From contig NC_089429.1 in the NCBI RefSeq assembly GCF_026210795.1, positions 4,402,001 to 4,466,000 on the forward strand: a DNA stretch of 64,000 nt. The letters are read 5' to 3'. Of this stretch, positions 14,301 through 26,972 are shown in pieces. The stretch is from Rhizophagus irregularis. Lineage: Eukaryota. How positions within the stretch are numbered: position 1 is the first letter of the stretch; the number at the start of each line of letters is the position of its first letter. Below the pieces are notes generated by a model that did not search any database, was not told the DNA's origin, and worked only from the letters and a program-made list of their open reading frames with translations. Both the position numbers and the translations under genes were made by a program.

Positions 14301-15776
14301 ATGTTGAGTGGATATTCATTAGGACGAGATTTAAAATTATTAATAAATAACCCAAAGTATAGTGATGTAGAAATTTTATGTGGAGATGAAATCATACTAT
14401 ATGGTTGTAAAGCAATTTTAGCTGCAAGGTCTAAAGTATTTGATAAATTACTCTATAAAGGGGCGAAAGAAAATTATGAAAATCAAATTTTTCTCCCAAC
14501 GATCAATTATTCTGGAATGGAGATTATATTAGAATATATTTATACGGGATCAATTGAAGAAGAATCTTTAACAAAAGATAATATAATTGAATCATTTAAT
14601 GCCGCAGATTATTTTCAATTACCAGACCTTCAAGATCTTATTATTAAAACTCTTAAAAATATTTTAGAAAAGAATTGTGAAGAAAATAATTATACACCAG
14701 AATTATTATCTAAAGCTGTGGAAACAATGCCGTTATCAGAAGAAAATACTCTTTTAGATTTATTGGTTGAAAAAGTAGCAATTATTCCATTAAATATTAT
14801 TGAATTTGGTCGATTATCTATTAAAGCACTTGAGTATCTTTTATCTTGTGAAGATTATGAAAAAGAAACGTTCTTCGTAACTCCTGAATATGAAGTGTTT
14901 CGATACAGTGCTGTTTTAGCAGCAAAACAAGTTTCTAATAGCGCATATAAAACTCTTATGAAACGGTTACCAACCCTAGAACAAATAGAACAAATAGAGA
15001 ACTTAGTCCAAGTAGAAAATAAATTGTTTACCTATCACCAAAAAGTTGCTGAAGAATTGAAGCCTTTAATTAAATTTATAGATTTCGGGAGATTCAAAGG
15101 TCAAGTATTAGATGATATTATTGAGCCACTAAAAATTATTCCAACTGAAATAATTTTAAATGCTAATCAAAATAATACAAAACTAATTCAATTCACTTTG
15201 AATGATATACAAGAAATGCCAATGCAATTTTGTAAATTTAATGAACTCGATCATGTTTGGGATGAGTCGACATGTGGATCAAAACTAATTATTGAAGACA
15301 ATGGAAAAGTTGTAAGCGCTTCAGATGATTGTAATTTTAATCAAAGCGTCAGAAGTAAAATAGCATTAGGGAATAAAGGTATTTTCGAATGGGATGTCGT
15401 TATCGAGAAAACTTGTGCACAGGCTTGGATTGGAGTGTGTGCATCTGAAAACCTTAATTATGAAGAAAACTTGGCAATATTTCAACCTACTGGATGGGCA
15501 ATATCTTCCAATGGTTATTATTATAAAAGTTGGTCAAACTATTGTACTTCATTTGAAAATGGTACAAGAATTTCCGTTCGTTTAGATATGAATAAAGGAA
15601 CTTGTACTTTTACAGTTAATGGTAAAAGGTATCCGGAAATTACAGAATGGAAAAATTTACCATCAAAACTTTATCCAATGGTATCATTACGTCACCCTGG
15701 TCGTTTTAGAATTGAGTTCACTCGTAATAAACAGAATGAAAAAGGATTTTGGGAAAGTTTAAAATATATTTTATAA
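14301..15776 (+). CDS. BTB/POZ-BACK-like-SPRY(B30.2) protein, copy 1 (491 aa)
   Basis: BTB motifs YSDVEILC, ILAARS, LEYIYTG and AADYFQL; SPRY motifs FEWDV, WIGVC, LDMNKGT and LYPMVSL; intronless. Confidence 0.93.
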   Translation: MLSGYSLGRDLKLLINNPKYSDVEILCGDEIILYGCKAILAARSKVFDKLLYKGAKENYENQIFLPTINYSGMEIILEYIYTGSIEEESLTKDNIIESFNAADYFQLPDLQDLIIKTLKNILEKNCEENNYTPELLSKAVETMPLSEENTLLDLLVEKVAIIPLNIIEFGRLSIKALEYLLSCEDYEKETFFVTPEYEVFRYSAVLAAKQVSNSAYKTLMKRLPTLEQIEQIENLVQVENKLFTYHQKVAEELKPLIKFIDFGRFKGQVLDDIIEPLKIIPTEIILNANQNNTKLIQFTLNDIQEMPMQFCKFNELDHVWDESTCGSKLIIEDNGKVVSASDDCNFNQSVRSKIALGNKGIFEWDVVIEKTCAQAWIGVCASENLNYEENLAIFQPTGWAISSNGYYYKSWSNYCTSFENGTRISVRLDMNKGTCTFTVNGKRYPEITEWKNLPSKLYPMVSLRHPGRFRIEFTRNKQNEKGFWESLKYIL

Positions 15777-16570
15777 TGAATATAACAGGAATGACACTCT
15801 TATAAATTCAATTTCGCGAAATTTTTGACGATAATTTTTTCTCAGTTTAATTTTAACAATAAATAAAAAATTTTTAATTTGTAAAGTTTCAAAATATGAA
15901 AACAATGTATTAATTGGCTGAATATTTATAAATAAAAATATAAGTTGTACTATAATATAAATATTTATTTGAATTATTCAATCAGAATTAAAAATTTTAA
16001 TTAAACTTACAAATTTCTTTTTTAAATTTTTTAATTGAACTAAATGTAACGTTTGACACAGTTCGAAAATTATTTATTGTTTATTTTAATTTTCTAAAAC
16101 GATTTTACGTTATTATGCTAATTATTATTTTCATATCAAAATGATTGAAATTTATAATGGAGAGAGGAAAATGTTTCTTGGATAATTTTTTGAAACAAAT
16201 CATACATTTAAGTTTGAAGCGTCTGCATTATAGGCACACGACAGAATTAAACGTACAGCGATAGTTTAAAATCATCAGCAACATGCAGGCGTAGAAAAAA
16301 AGGTTTATGTTGTGTAAATATTGCAAATAATTTATTTATATATATATATATAACAGATATAATTATACTACAAATTCATCTTTAAATTAATTATATATCA
16401 AATATAATTAACAGAAAGAATAGTAAATATAATCGCCAAAAATTTTCGGCATTCTTATAATACATCCTGCACGTTAAACGTAAAAATAAAAATTCATCGG
16501 AATTTAAAATTTCAACGATGTCGCACAAGTCGCACAAATCTTACAATCTAAATTATTAAAAAAAAAAAAA

Positions 16571-18058
16571 TTATTTTAACTTCTCTCTTAAATTTTTCCA
16601 AAATCTTCTTTCCTTCCTATTGTTAGGGATGGTTTTTACATCTTGATAAGGCTCAATTCTAAAACGACCAGGATGACGCAATGATACTACTGGATAAAGT
16701 TTTGATGGTAAATTATCCCATGCTGATATTTCCGGATATTTTTTACCATTGATTGTAAAAGAACAAGATCTTTTGTTCATATCTAAATGAACAGTAATTC
16801 TTGCACCATCACCAAATTTAGGACAATAATTTTTTACCCAATTTCCAGAGTTATAACAATAACCACTTGAACCTATAACCCATCCAGTAGGTTGATATCC
16901 CGCCCATGTATCAAAATTGAAATTTTCAGATGCACATACTCCAACCCAAGACCATAAACTATCTTTCTCAATAATTACATCCCATTCAAAAATACCTTTA
17001 TTTTCTAACGCTATTTTAGCTCTAATGCTTTGATGTGAAACACATTCATTTCTTTGTGCATAATATACGACTTTTCCATCATCCTCAACAATAAGTTTTG
17101 ATCCACATGCTGTCTCATCCCAAACAATTTCATTAAGCTTACATATTGACATTGTTGATATTCCTCGAATATCATTTAAATTTGAATTAGTAAATTTTGT
17201 ATTATTTCGATAAATATTTAAAATTATTTCACTTGGAATAATTTTTAATGGTTCAATTATATCAACTAATATTTGACCTTTGATACGCCTAAAATCAATG
17301 AATTTAGCCAAAGGTTCTAATTCTTTAGCAATTTTTTGATGATCGGGAATATTTATTTGGCCTTCATTCTCTAATCGTTTTATTTGTTTTAAAGGTGGTA
17401 GCGTTTTCATAAGTATTTTGAATGCATTATTAGAAACTTGTTTTGCTGCCAGCATAGCGCTATATCGAAAAACTTCATATTCTGGAGTTGCAAAGAAACT
17501 TTCTTTTTCATGCGTATAAGTATAAGATAAAAGATATTCAAGTGCTGTAATGGATAATCGACCAAATTCAATAGTATTTAATGAAATAGTCGCTACTTCT
17601 TTAATCAATAAATTTAAAAGAATATTTGTCTCCGATAATGGCGTTGTATCTGCAGCTTTAGATAATAATTCCGGTAAATAATTTTCTGCGAAACTAGTAT
17701 TTTTAATAGTTTTTATAATAAAATTCTGAAGGTCTAGTAATTGAATATAATCTGCTGCATAATACACTTCAATTATATTATCTTTAGTTAAAGATTCTTC
17801 TTTAATTGATCCTCTATAAATATATTCCAATATAATTTCCATTCCAATAGAATTAATTGTCGGAAAAGTAATTTGTTTTTCATAACTTTCTTTCATTCCA
17901 TTATAAAGTAATTTATCAAATACTTCGGACCTCGCTGCCAAAATTGCTCTACAGCCATATAATTTCTTTTTATCCTCACATAAAATTTCTATATCACTAT
18001 ACTTTGGATTATTTATTAATAATCTCAAATCTTGTTCTAACGAATATCCTCTCGTCAT
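16571..18058 (-). CDS. BTB-BACK-SPRY protein, copy 2 (495 aa), inverted
   Basis: Full-length ORF with the same motifs. Confidence 0.93.
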   Translation of the reverse strand: MTRGYSLEQDLRLLINNPKYSDIEILCEDKKKLYGCRAILAARSEVFDKLLYNGMKESYEKQITFPTINSIGMEIILEYIYRGSIKEESLTKDNIIEVYYAADYIQLLDLQNFIIKTIKNTSFAENYLPELLSKAADTTPLSETNILLNLLIKEVATISLNTIEFGRLSITALEYLLSYTYTHEKESFFATPEYEVFRYSAMLAAKQVSNNAFKILMKTLPPLKQIKRLENEGQINIPDHQKIAKELEPLAKFIDFRRIKGQILVDIIEPLKIIPSEIILNIYRNNTKFTNSNLNDIRGISTMSICKLNEIVWDETACGSKLIVEDDGKVVYYAQRNECVSHQSIRAKIALENKGIFEWDVIIEKDSLWSWVGVCASENFNFDTWAGYQPTGWVIGSSGYCYNSGNWVKNYCPKFGDGARITVHLDMNKRSCSFTINGKKYPEISAWDNLPSKLYPVVSLRHPGRFRIEPYQDVKTIPNNRKERRFWKNLREKLK

Positions 18059-19386
18059 TTTTATTTTTTAAGGGGAAAAAAATTTTTTTTACTCTTACGT
18101 TATGTTTAATGTGGATATTTATATAAATAAATAATTTTACAAATTTAGAATTGTAGTGCAAAAACGGGATTCATTTATATTATGCATAAGTGTGACAAAT
18201 AGATCTCTCAATAAAAACAATTCTAATTACTATTTTTTAGCCACGCCACAAATTTAACATTTTTGTCACATTAACGTAATCTTCAGCTGTGCCTTTCTTT
18301 CAAAAAATCCTCATCAGCTATTTGTTCTGTATTTATTTATTTGTTTGGATTTTTACTAATTATAATTTGCATACAAAGCTTTATTTCGTTAGCTATCATC
18401 ACATGGCTATCGTTGCCCATATGTTGAAATCATTGGAATGTTTGTACAACATTTCAATAAGTTTACTCCGTTCTTTTAAAAGCATGGTCCGTTCCTTTAT
18501 TTTGATCGTATTAATCGTGCGTCATTTAATATAATAATAATATTTGAGCCTTAATTTCGCCTGAAAAATCGTAAATTTTAACCAAAGAATTTTTAAAAGT
18601 TGTATTTGACACGTCAAGGATTATGTTACAGTATTGGAATAAAAACGAATATTATAATCAAAATTTGAAAATATTCTCATTATTAAAGTAAAAAATTTAA
18701 GAACCTTTATATTTTGGTGGAACATTTGTTTGACATGATAAAGTACTAAAACTTTTCTGTTTAAGTTCGTACCACGTATAAAAAAAAATTTTTATCGCTT
18801 ACTTAATTAAGATAGATTGATCTATACTCTTAAAAAAATTGAAATGATTATCCCTTCCTATCTCTTCATTTAATATTTATAGAAATTTTGTACTTCAATA
18901 TTAATAAATTTTATATTACTAAAAATTTAATTTTTTTTATTTATATAATTTATATATATCTGTTTATTATTTGACTTTGCGCCAAAGCCATGAAATAAAT
19001 AATCATGTGATGACGGTTAAAACTTAGTATCACGTGTCGTTATATCTAATTTCTCGTCAATAAAAAATCTTTGTCTGAATCGGTTAATATGAGATTTAAC
19101 ATCGATCTTATGACGCAAAGATCTACGTCAATCATAAATATAATTTATTGGTGTTAATTTATTAGTGTTTACGTTTTATATCTACTATTTTTAAATTTAA
19201 ATAATAGGTACTCCAATAACTCCATAAGATAAATAATGCTGCAGATAGGTAACTAATTTTAAGAGGTGTAACTAAAACAAAAGTAGTACAAATCCGAATT
19301 TGTAAAACAATTTTATGTAACGATTATCCTGAAATGGAATCATTGAAATAAACAAAAAATTTTTTCCCCTAAAAAAAAAAAATAAA

Positions 19387-20844
19387 ATGAGAGGATATTC
19401 ATTAGAACAAGACTTAAGATTGTTAATAAATAATCCAAGATATAGTGATATAGAAATTTTGTGTGGTGATGAAACGAAACTATATGGTTGTAGAGCAATT
19501 TTGGCAGCAAGGTCCGAAGTATTTGACAAATTACTTTATAATGGAATGAAAGAAAGTTATGAAAAACAAATTACTTTTCCGACAATTAATTCTTCTGGAA
19601 TGGAGATTATATTGGAATATGCTTATACAGGATCAATTAGAGAAGAATCTTTAATTAAAGATAATATAATTGAAGCTTTTTATGCTGCAGACTATTTTCA
19701 GTTACCGGAACTTCAAGATTTTATTATGATGATTCTTAGAAATATATTGAAAAAAAATTACGCAGAAAATTATTCACCAGAATTATTATCCAAAGCAGTA
19801 GATTCAACGCCATTATCAGAGGAAAATATTCTTTTAAATTTATTGGTTGAAGCGGTAGCAACTATTCCATTAAATACTATTAAATTTGGTCGGTTATCTA
19901 TTACGGCGCTCGAGTATCTTTTATCTTGTACACATGAAAAAGAAAGTTCTTTCGCAACTCCTGAATATGAAGTGTTTCGATATAGTGCTATTTTAGCAGC
20001 AAAACAAGTTTCTAATAGCGTATTTAAAACTCTTATGAAAAGGCTACCAACCTTGGAACAAATAGAACAAATGGAGAACCCGATTGTTCAAGTAAATATT
20101 ACCGATCAACAAACAATTCAAACAATTGCTAAAGAATTGGAACCTTTGGTTAAATTCATTGATTTCAGACGAATCAAAGGGCAACTACTAGTTGATATCA
20201 TTGAACCACTAAAAATTGTTCCAAGTGAAATAATTTTAAATATTTATCGTAATAATACAAAATTTACCAATTCAAATTTAAATTATATTCGAGGAATACC
20301 ACTACCAATCGATTCTGATTATATTTGGGATGAATCAGCATGTGGATCAAATCTTGTTATTGAGGATAATGGAAGAGTTGTACGTAATGATTTTAATACA
20401 TGTCAAAGCGTTAGAGCTAAATTAGCATTAGAAGATAAAGGTATTTTTGAGTGGGATGTCGTCATTGAGCGAGTATGTGAATATGCTTGGGTTGGAGTAT
20501 GTGCATCAGAAGATTTTGATTATGAAATATTTGCAGGAGTTCAATCTACTGGATGGGTGATAGGTTCAAGGGGTTACTGTCATAATTCTGGAAATTGGGT
20601 AAAAAATTATTGCCCTAAATTTGGAGATGATGCAAGAATTACCGTTCATTTGAATATGAATAAAAGAACTTGCGCTTTTACAGTAAATGGTGTCAAATAT
20701 CCAGAAATAGCGGAATGGAATAATTTACCATCAAAACTTCATCCAGTAGTATCGTTACGTTATCCTGGTCGTTTCCGAATTGAGCCCGCTCATAACAAGA
20801 ATGAGAAAGGTTTTTGGAAAAGTTTAATAAATAGGTGGAAATAA
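19387..20844 (+). CDS. BTB-BACK-SPRY protein, copy 3 (485 aa)
   Basis: Full-length ORF with the same motifs. Confidence 0.93.
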   Translation: MRGYSLEQDLRLLINNPRYSDIEILCGDETKLYGCRAILAARSEVFDKLLYNGMKESYEKQITFPTINSSGMEIILEYAYTGSIREESLIKDNIIEAFYAADYFQLPELQDFIMMILRNILKKNYAENYSPELLSKAVDSTPLSEENILLNLLVEAVATIPLNTIKFGRLSITALEYLLSCTHEKESSFATPEYEVFRYSAILAAKQVSNSVFKTLMKRLPTLEQIEQMENPIVQVNITDQQTIQTIAKELEPLVKFIDFRRIKGQLLVDIIEPLKIVPSEIILNIYRNNTKFTNSNLNYIRGIPLPIDSDYIWDESACGSNLVIEDNGRVVRNDFNTCQSVRAKLALEDKGIFEWDVVIERVCEYAWVGVCASEDFDYEIFAGVQSTGWVIGSRGYCHNSGNWVKNYCPKFGDDARITVHLNMNKRTCAFTVNGVKYPEIAEWNNLPSKLHPVVSLRYPGRFRIEPAHNKNEKGFWKSLINRWK

Positions 20845-21223
20845 ATATAACGAAAGAATAATTCGGATTTTTCGACGTTTTTATTGTAAAATATAGAATA
20901 TATTTTAGGATATTAGTGTCGTAAGTGATTTGAAGACGCGAAATATCTTTGGTTTTTCTTCAATTTTCATTATTAATAATAGATGTTATTTATAGAGGTT
21001 TTATAAATGTAAAGTATCAGGACAATGTATTTATTATTTTATAAATAAAAACATTCTACAATATATATATATAGCCAAATGATCAACGTTATTATATATT
21101 TTAGGTTCGCGTTTAAGTATTTTACTATTCTTATTTCTTACTTAAAACAAATTAAATGTCATTAAAGCAAGATTGCTAATAAATAACTTATGGGAATGAG
21201 GTGAAATAATATTGATCTAAGTT

Positions 21224-21275
21224 AATTTTAGCAGCAAGATCCGAATTATTTATAATGAATGAAGTAAGTTACGAA
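21224..21275 (+). pseudogene. Tiny BTB-SPRY remnant (ILAARSE...YN.MK.SY region)
   Basis: aattttagcagcaagatccgaattatttataatgaatgaagtaagttacga matches the paralog 5' sequence with internal deletions. Confidence 0.55.
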
Positions 21276-22663
21276 GAAAAAAAAAATTTTTTTTCGCTAA
21301 ATATGACGAGGGCGAAGCTTTCATTGTCGGGTTTATGATCAAAGTTATAGGTGATGTCAAAATCTTGAATTGCGACAGCAATTACGGTGTTAGCGTTACG
21401 GCATATGTCTAAATTATTTAAAATGCGTAACCGTATTACAATTTCGATGGCACTTATAATCAAAGTGCATTTTTCGCCAAATTTTGACATTGTCAACTTT
21501 TGTTGAATCATAGTATGTTTATTTTATTTTTATGTAAATAACCAAAGGTTCTAATTCATAAATTTCTCTTACTGTTTTAGCCGTCCAATTAAATTTTATG
21601 TCATTAAAAAAAATCTTATATTGCATTCTATCGAAAAAAATTTCATATTCGTGGTTGCAAAAGGTTTTACTTCCCATTAATGTTATCCTTCCGTTATTGG
21701 TATTCTTCCGTAAAGACATCATGAACGTCAAAATAACGCGTAATTATTGCCGGGAATACCAAACTCGTCATTGACGAAGCAATGAAGTAAGCATTAAATG
21801 TATGGTTATATTCTAATTTATCTAAAGGTGCTCATATTCCATCGCAATCAATCTCACGCCTCATCAGAAATGGGATCTTGTGGTAGATCTTTCTCAATAT
21901 CACAACCTATCTTATTATGCGTACAGCTATTAAGAAAAACTTCAAAAAATAACCTTACTCTTATCTACTTATATCTTCATGGAAAGTATTGTCCAAAAAA
22001 ATTTATTAATGATAACAGAGTAGAAAGACAAACTATACGATGCATGACGTAAGGAAACCATTACTTCATATAATTATATAAACCTAATGTTTCGCTAACG
22101 CCCGATGAATTATCATGTAGGTCAAACTCGTATCTCGAAGTTTGCGTTTCAATTGAACATAACAATTGATATTGTATTCTTTTTTCTTAATTAAGAAAGA
22201 TTAGTTTTATGTGCTAATAATTGAACAGTGTTTGGATTTTTTTCGTAAAATCTGAACCTTTAAATTGTTTAAAATTAGCTTGAACATTTAACTGAAATCG
22301 ATCGATGCTTGCACTATATTCTTTTTATGCAATATAGTGACATACGATTAATTTATAAAGCTAAAAATATTCTGGTTTGAAAAGAATATTCAATGATTTT
22401 TTATGAACCTGAGTCATAGCTTTAAAATATCAATCGTGTTATAATAATATGTCCCCTCCCTCTACCTGTTTATAGTGACAAAAAGAGGAAGTCAAATTTT
22501 AGTACTCTTTAGTTAGAATGCTGCCCAAACCCTTATTGTAATTGATTATTATGAGTATATTAAAAAAAATTCTTTGAATTTTTCTATAGATCCTTTAGAA
22601 TAATTGTATGCAGTAAGATCAGACTTCTTTGTTTTAAAATATAGAATTAATAAAAAATGTCTC

Positions 22664-22972
22664 ATGAAAATCAGCTTGCCCTTTGAAACGCCAGCACGAC
22701 CAACATCTTCAAATAAATCAGTAAGTAAAGAAGAAATTGAAAAATTTACAAGTTTAAACGATAATTTCAGTAAAAGACTGCCGCCACAGACTTCCGAAAA
22801 GTCACCTAAGCCAAAGAAAGATAAGCTAAGTTCGGATGATTCGGATGAGGAGTTAGATACGAACAAGAAAAAAAGAAAGAAAAAGAAAGAACAATCACAT
22901 GGTGACGTTGAATCAGAGAATAGGATATTATCGCCTGGAATCTTACACGAATTTACTTTTTATTTAGACTGA
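22664..22972 (+). other. Low-complexity Ser/Lys/acidic ORF fragment with a basic NLS-like stretch, possibly a TE-gene or gene remnant
   Basis: Protein-like composition (SSDDSDEELDTNKKKRKKKKE) but no recognisable domain. Confidence 0.3.
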
Positions 22973-23577
22973 AATCAAGATAGATCTTAAGCAGGTGTAG
23001 GTGCCTCTGACGGTTTAGTAGATAGAATTCTAATGTATATTAGTTTTATACCTATTGTATTATTTGCCTATAATTTTTGTGATTGGTCGTTAACAATTTT
23101 TAAATAAAGGTGAAATAATGCGCGTTACTAAAAAAAAAAAAAGCTTGCCCTTTGCTGATGAAGCATGTAAATTAGAATCCTTTAAACTTGATATAAATTT
23201 CCAATATACTATCTATCCAATTAAGAGATTTCCTCAAATAATTAACCATTAAATTCCTAGCAAGTGGTGCTCCATATTCGCTTCACAGTCAAGAGGAAAG
23301 CTCAACAGTTACTGAAAGGACAGTTCTCTACAATTTTTATGTACTTAATTTCATTAATAATTGATAGTGTTAAAATGAATAACTAATATTAATATAGTTA
23401 TAAATCTGCATTAATGAACTTCTTGTCCTTTAGTTACTTTATTTCATATATCAAGATAAGTTCCATATATACATATATATTATTATAAATTGTATACAAA
23501 AGTTTTATAAGAAATTTCATGAGAAAAGTTTTTATATACAGCAGAATATTTAATGAAACTTATCCCTCAACAAATGA

Positions 23578-23724
23578 CCCTATAAAAAATTTTTATCCGA
23601 GTATTTCGTCTTTCGTAAAAATCCCGTGATAAATGATACATTCACGGATATCCGTGTTAGCGAGATGGAAATTTCCATGATTTAAGGCTATAAATTTCAT
23701 TAAAATGATACATTTTTTACAGGG
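23578..23724. mobile_element. MITE, CCCT(A/G)TAAAAAAT family, 3-bp TSD TGA
   Basis: tga|CCCTATAAAAAAT...ATTTTTTACAGGG|tga. Confidence 0.75.
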
Positions 23725-23859
23725 TGAACGTGAATGCGCAAATTTCATTTTTTTTTTAAAAAAAAATATTCTGGAGGAGATATCGATATTTATAATTATG
23801 AGATAATAATAATAAATTGTACTGATATAGAAATTTTACGTGAAGATATAAAAGAAATA

Positions 23860-24056
23860 CCCTATAAAAAAAGAATGTCCGGAAATTTTTATCGAAAAAT
23901 GTCCGGAAAATGAAAAATGTCCGATATTTCGGACATTTTCGGAAATTCACAATGTCTCGGCGTCCGGAATATTGGCATATTGCAATTTTCCAGCCATTCT
24001 CCGGACACCCGGACATTTTCTGGACATTGTTGATGAACATTCTTTTTTTTATGGGG
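23860..24056. mobile_element. MITE with CCCTATAAAAAAAGAATGT terminal repeats and internal AAATGTCCGG/CCGGACATTT subrepeats
   Basis: Right end ACATTCTTTTTTTTATGGGG; flanks ATA/AAA; about 190 bp upstream of the BTB-TLDc start. Confidence 0.7.
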
Positions 24057-24245
24057 AAAAGTTTTTGAAACCAAATTTATTTTGAAATGAGCAACCTTGA
24101 GTCAGGTGTTTCGATGTTTCTCGGGCCGAAATACTGCCGAAATATATTCCGAAGTCCGAACTTATATATATAAGGTTATCTATTCAGATTAGGACATTTT
24201 TTTCGGCATTCCTTTCTTTGAAAATTCAAAAGTCGTTTTAATATA

Positions 24246-25743
24246 ATGTATGATAATAAATTTTTACCAAAATTATCTCAAAATTTTCTTGAAATTTTAG
24301 ATGATAATGAATTTTATGATATTACTATTGAAGTTGGTAATGACCCTTACGTAAAAATTTTTCGTGCTCATATGGTCATTTTAAACTATCGTTCTCCTTA
24401 TTTGCGAAGAATTTTATCAACTACCGTTAATAAAAATAAAAATGATGGAATTTTGACACATATTAAATTGCCAAATATTTTACCTGAAACTTTTCAAATG
24501 ATATTGAGGTAAGAGAATTGAAATAATAAATTATGCCGATTTTTTTTTTTTAAAAAAAATGTATTTTAATACTTACGGGAACATTCAAATATTTTTATTT
24601 AGATATATTTATGGAGGAAGGCTTTCTCTAGAGGAATATGATACTTCACATATTATTAAAATTTTGATTGCAGCCAGTGAACTTAGTCTTCAAGAATTAA
24701 TCACTCATTTACAATCATTTTTGATTGAAAATAAAAAAAATTGGATGGAACAAAATTTTAATTTGATATATAAAACAAGTTTTGAGAATGATTTCTTAAA
24801 ATTACAAAATTTTTGCACAGAATTAATATCCTACGAACCAGAGAAAATTTTTAATTCAATCGATTTCATTTCACTTACAGAAAAATCTTTGATTTCTATT
24901 ATTCAGAATGATAATTTTCAAATGAATGTGATACAAGTTTGGGAACATGTGCTTAAATGGGGTATTGCTAAAAATCCTGGACTTCCTTCGGATCCTTCAA
25001 ACTACTCAAAAGATGAGTTTATTACTTTAAGGGGTACTTTACAACAACTTATTCCTTTTATAAAATTCTTTAATTTAAATCATAAAGAATTTTTAAATAA
25101 AGTATATCCATATAAAAAAATTTTACCAAAAGATTTACGCGAAAATTTAATCAAAAATTTTATAGATCAGCCAAATAATAAGCTAGAATCAAAGATAATA
25201 ACTAAAGAAATTAATCCAAAAAGTATTGATTCAAGAATCATTACAAATCAACATGCTGAATTAATCTCTAAATGGATTGATAAATTAGAAATTACTGATA
25301 ATATGAAAAATTCATATGAATTTAAGTTGATTCTTCGTGGATCTCGTGATGGATTCTTATCTAGTAAATTCCATGAAATATGTGATAATCAATCTCATAC
25401 TATATCAATTATTAAAGTGAAAGACAGTAATGAAATTCTTGGAGGATATAATCCAATAAAATGGAAATCTGATGGTAGTTTTGGCACTACTAAAGATAGT
25501 TTTATATTCTCTTTTAAGAATAAAGAAAGTATTGAAAATTATATTTTAAGTCGAGTAAAAAATGATGAATATAAATATGCTACAAGTAATCGCATTAATC
25601 ACGGACCATCATTTTATAATGATCTTTTTTTGTATGACCCATATTGTGGTTTTGCAACACCATCAGGTTATGAAAAACCAATTAATAAAGTTGGATTTTT
25701 TTATGTAGAAGAATATGAAATATTTCAAATTATGAAAGATTGA
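24246..25743 (+). CDS. BTB-BACK-TLDc protein, about 467 aa, exons 24246-24508 and 24603-25743
   Basis: A GTAAG...TTTAG intron restores ILR/YIYGG. BTB motif FRAHMVILNYRSPY; TLDc motifs LILRGSRDGF, FHEICD, ILGGYNP, SFIFSF and EEYEIFQI. Confidence 0.92.
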
Positions 25744-26972
25744 TTAATATTTTAATGATTAGATGCCAGTTTATTAAGATATATTATCTATTTACTTATT
25801 ACGAAACTATGGCTAGAAATATTGATTGCAGCATTATGAATTCTAAAATTGATTTAGCTGGTTTAGTATATTGAATCCTTTCCAGATGTAATGTCTCATC
25901 CCTCCCGTTGTGATCTCGCTCAATAAAATTCATTTTTCAATATCGAAATTGCTAAACGTATAATAACAATAAAAAAATAATTTACGGATTGCGTAACATT
26001 AATATCTGAACGAACGCGTGGCACTTTTTCTCCTGATTTTTTTTGATACCAATCGATAACATACAATGAACTGCCGTATTTTTAATATTAGTCCGTTGTA
26101 TAGGGCCAGAATTAAGATAGTGCCAGCCAATCTCTAAATAAGGTAATAAAAATTTGACCGGAATTATGATCATTTTGCCCCATTTTACGCAAACTCAGAC
26201 CTGACCCTTTTATATATATTTCGGGGTCCTATTGAACTTAATTTAAAAGCATTCATATTATTGACAAGAGTAATTTAATAAGTTGATTTATAGCAATAGA
26301 GAATATTTATGATAGATGATGGGAATTTTATTCTTTAATTTTGATATACCTGTATAGTAAAAAAGCTAAAAAAAATGGAAAAATGGTTCAAATTACAAAA
26401 GTGCATGTAGATTACGTAGATTACTCGAATAAATCTAATTTTTTATCATTTAAAATTTATTTAAAATTTATTTAAAATGAAAAATAAACTAGAATGCTAG
26501 GGCTATATTTTGATATCTTTCAGGATCATAATGCTTTTTTACTTCTTGAGAAAGATTAAAATGTTTGATTTTAAAGATAAAATGTAATGTGAAATTTATA
26601 AGATCAAATAAAAAAGTATAAATTAAAGAAAATAATCTACAACACTTTATACAAAGGCATTAAAAATTAGTCATAAGCATAATTATAAAAAAAAATTGCT
26701 AAACTAAATTCCATCTTAATTCATGATTAACCTCACAAGACTTCTACAGTTTTTCAGCTCTCAAATAGGCTATATTCACACACAATTTAGTACGATCATC
26801 ATGGGGCTATAGTAATTCCGTTAATTTTGTCACACATATACATCTTGTTTTCATAGGATTGGTACAACATAGTACAGAATGTATAAATATCAGGCTTAAT
26901 TCAAAAATGGAATTATTCTATTTCTCAAAAAAAAAAGGAAACAATAGAAAAAAATTTTTTTTTTTTGATAAA

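Noticed and set aside
21269..22052. Short ORFs of 70-84 aa
   Set aside because: No recognisable domains; the region looks like decayed repeat or gene debris.
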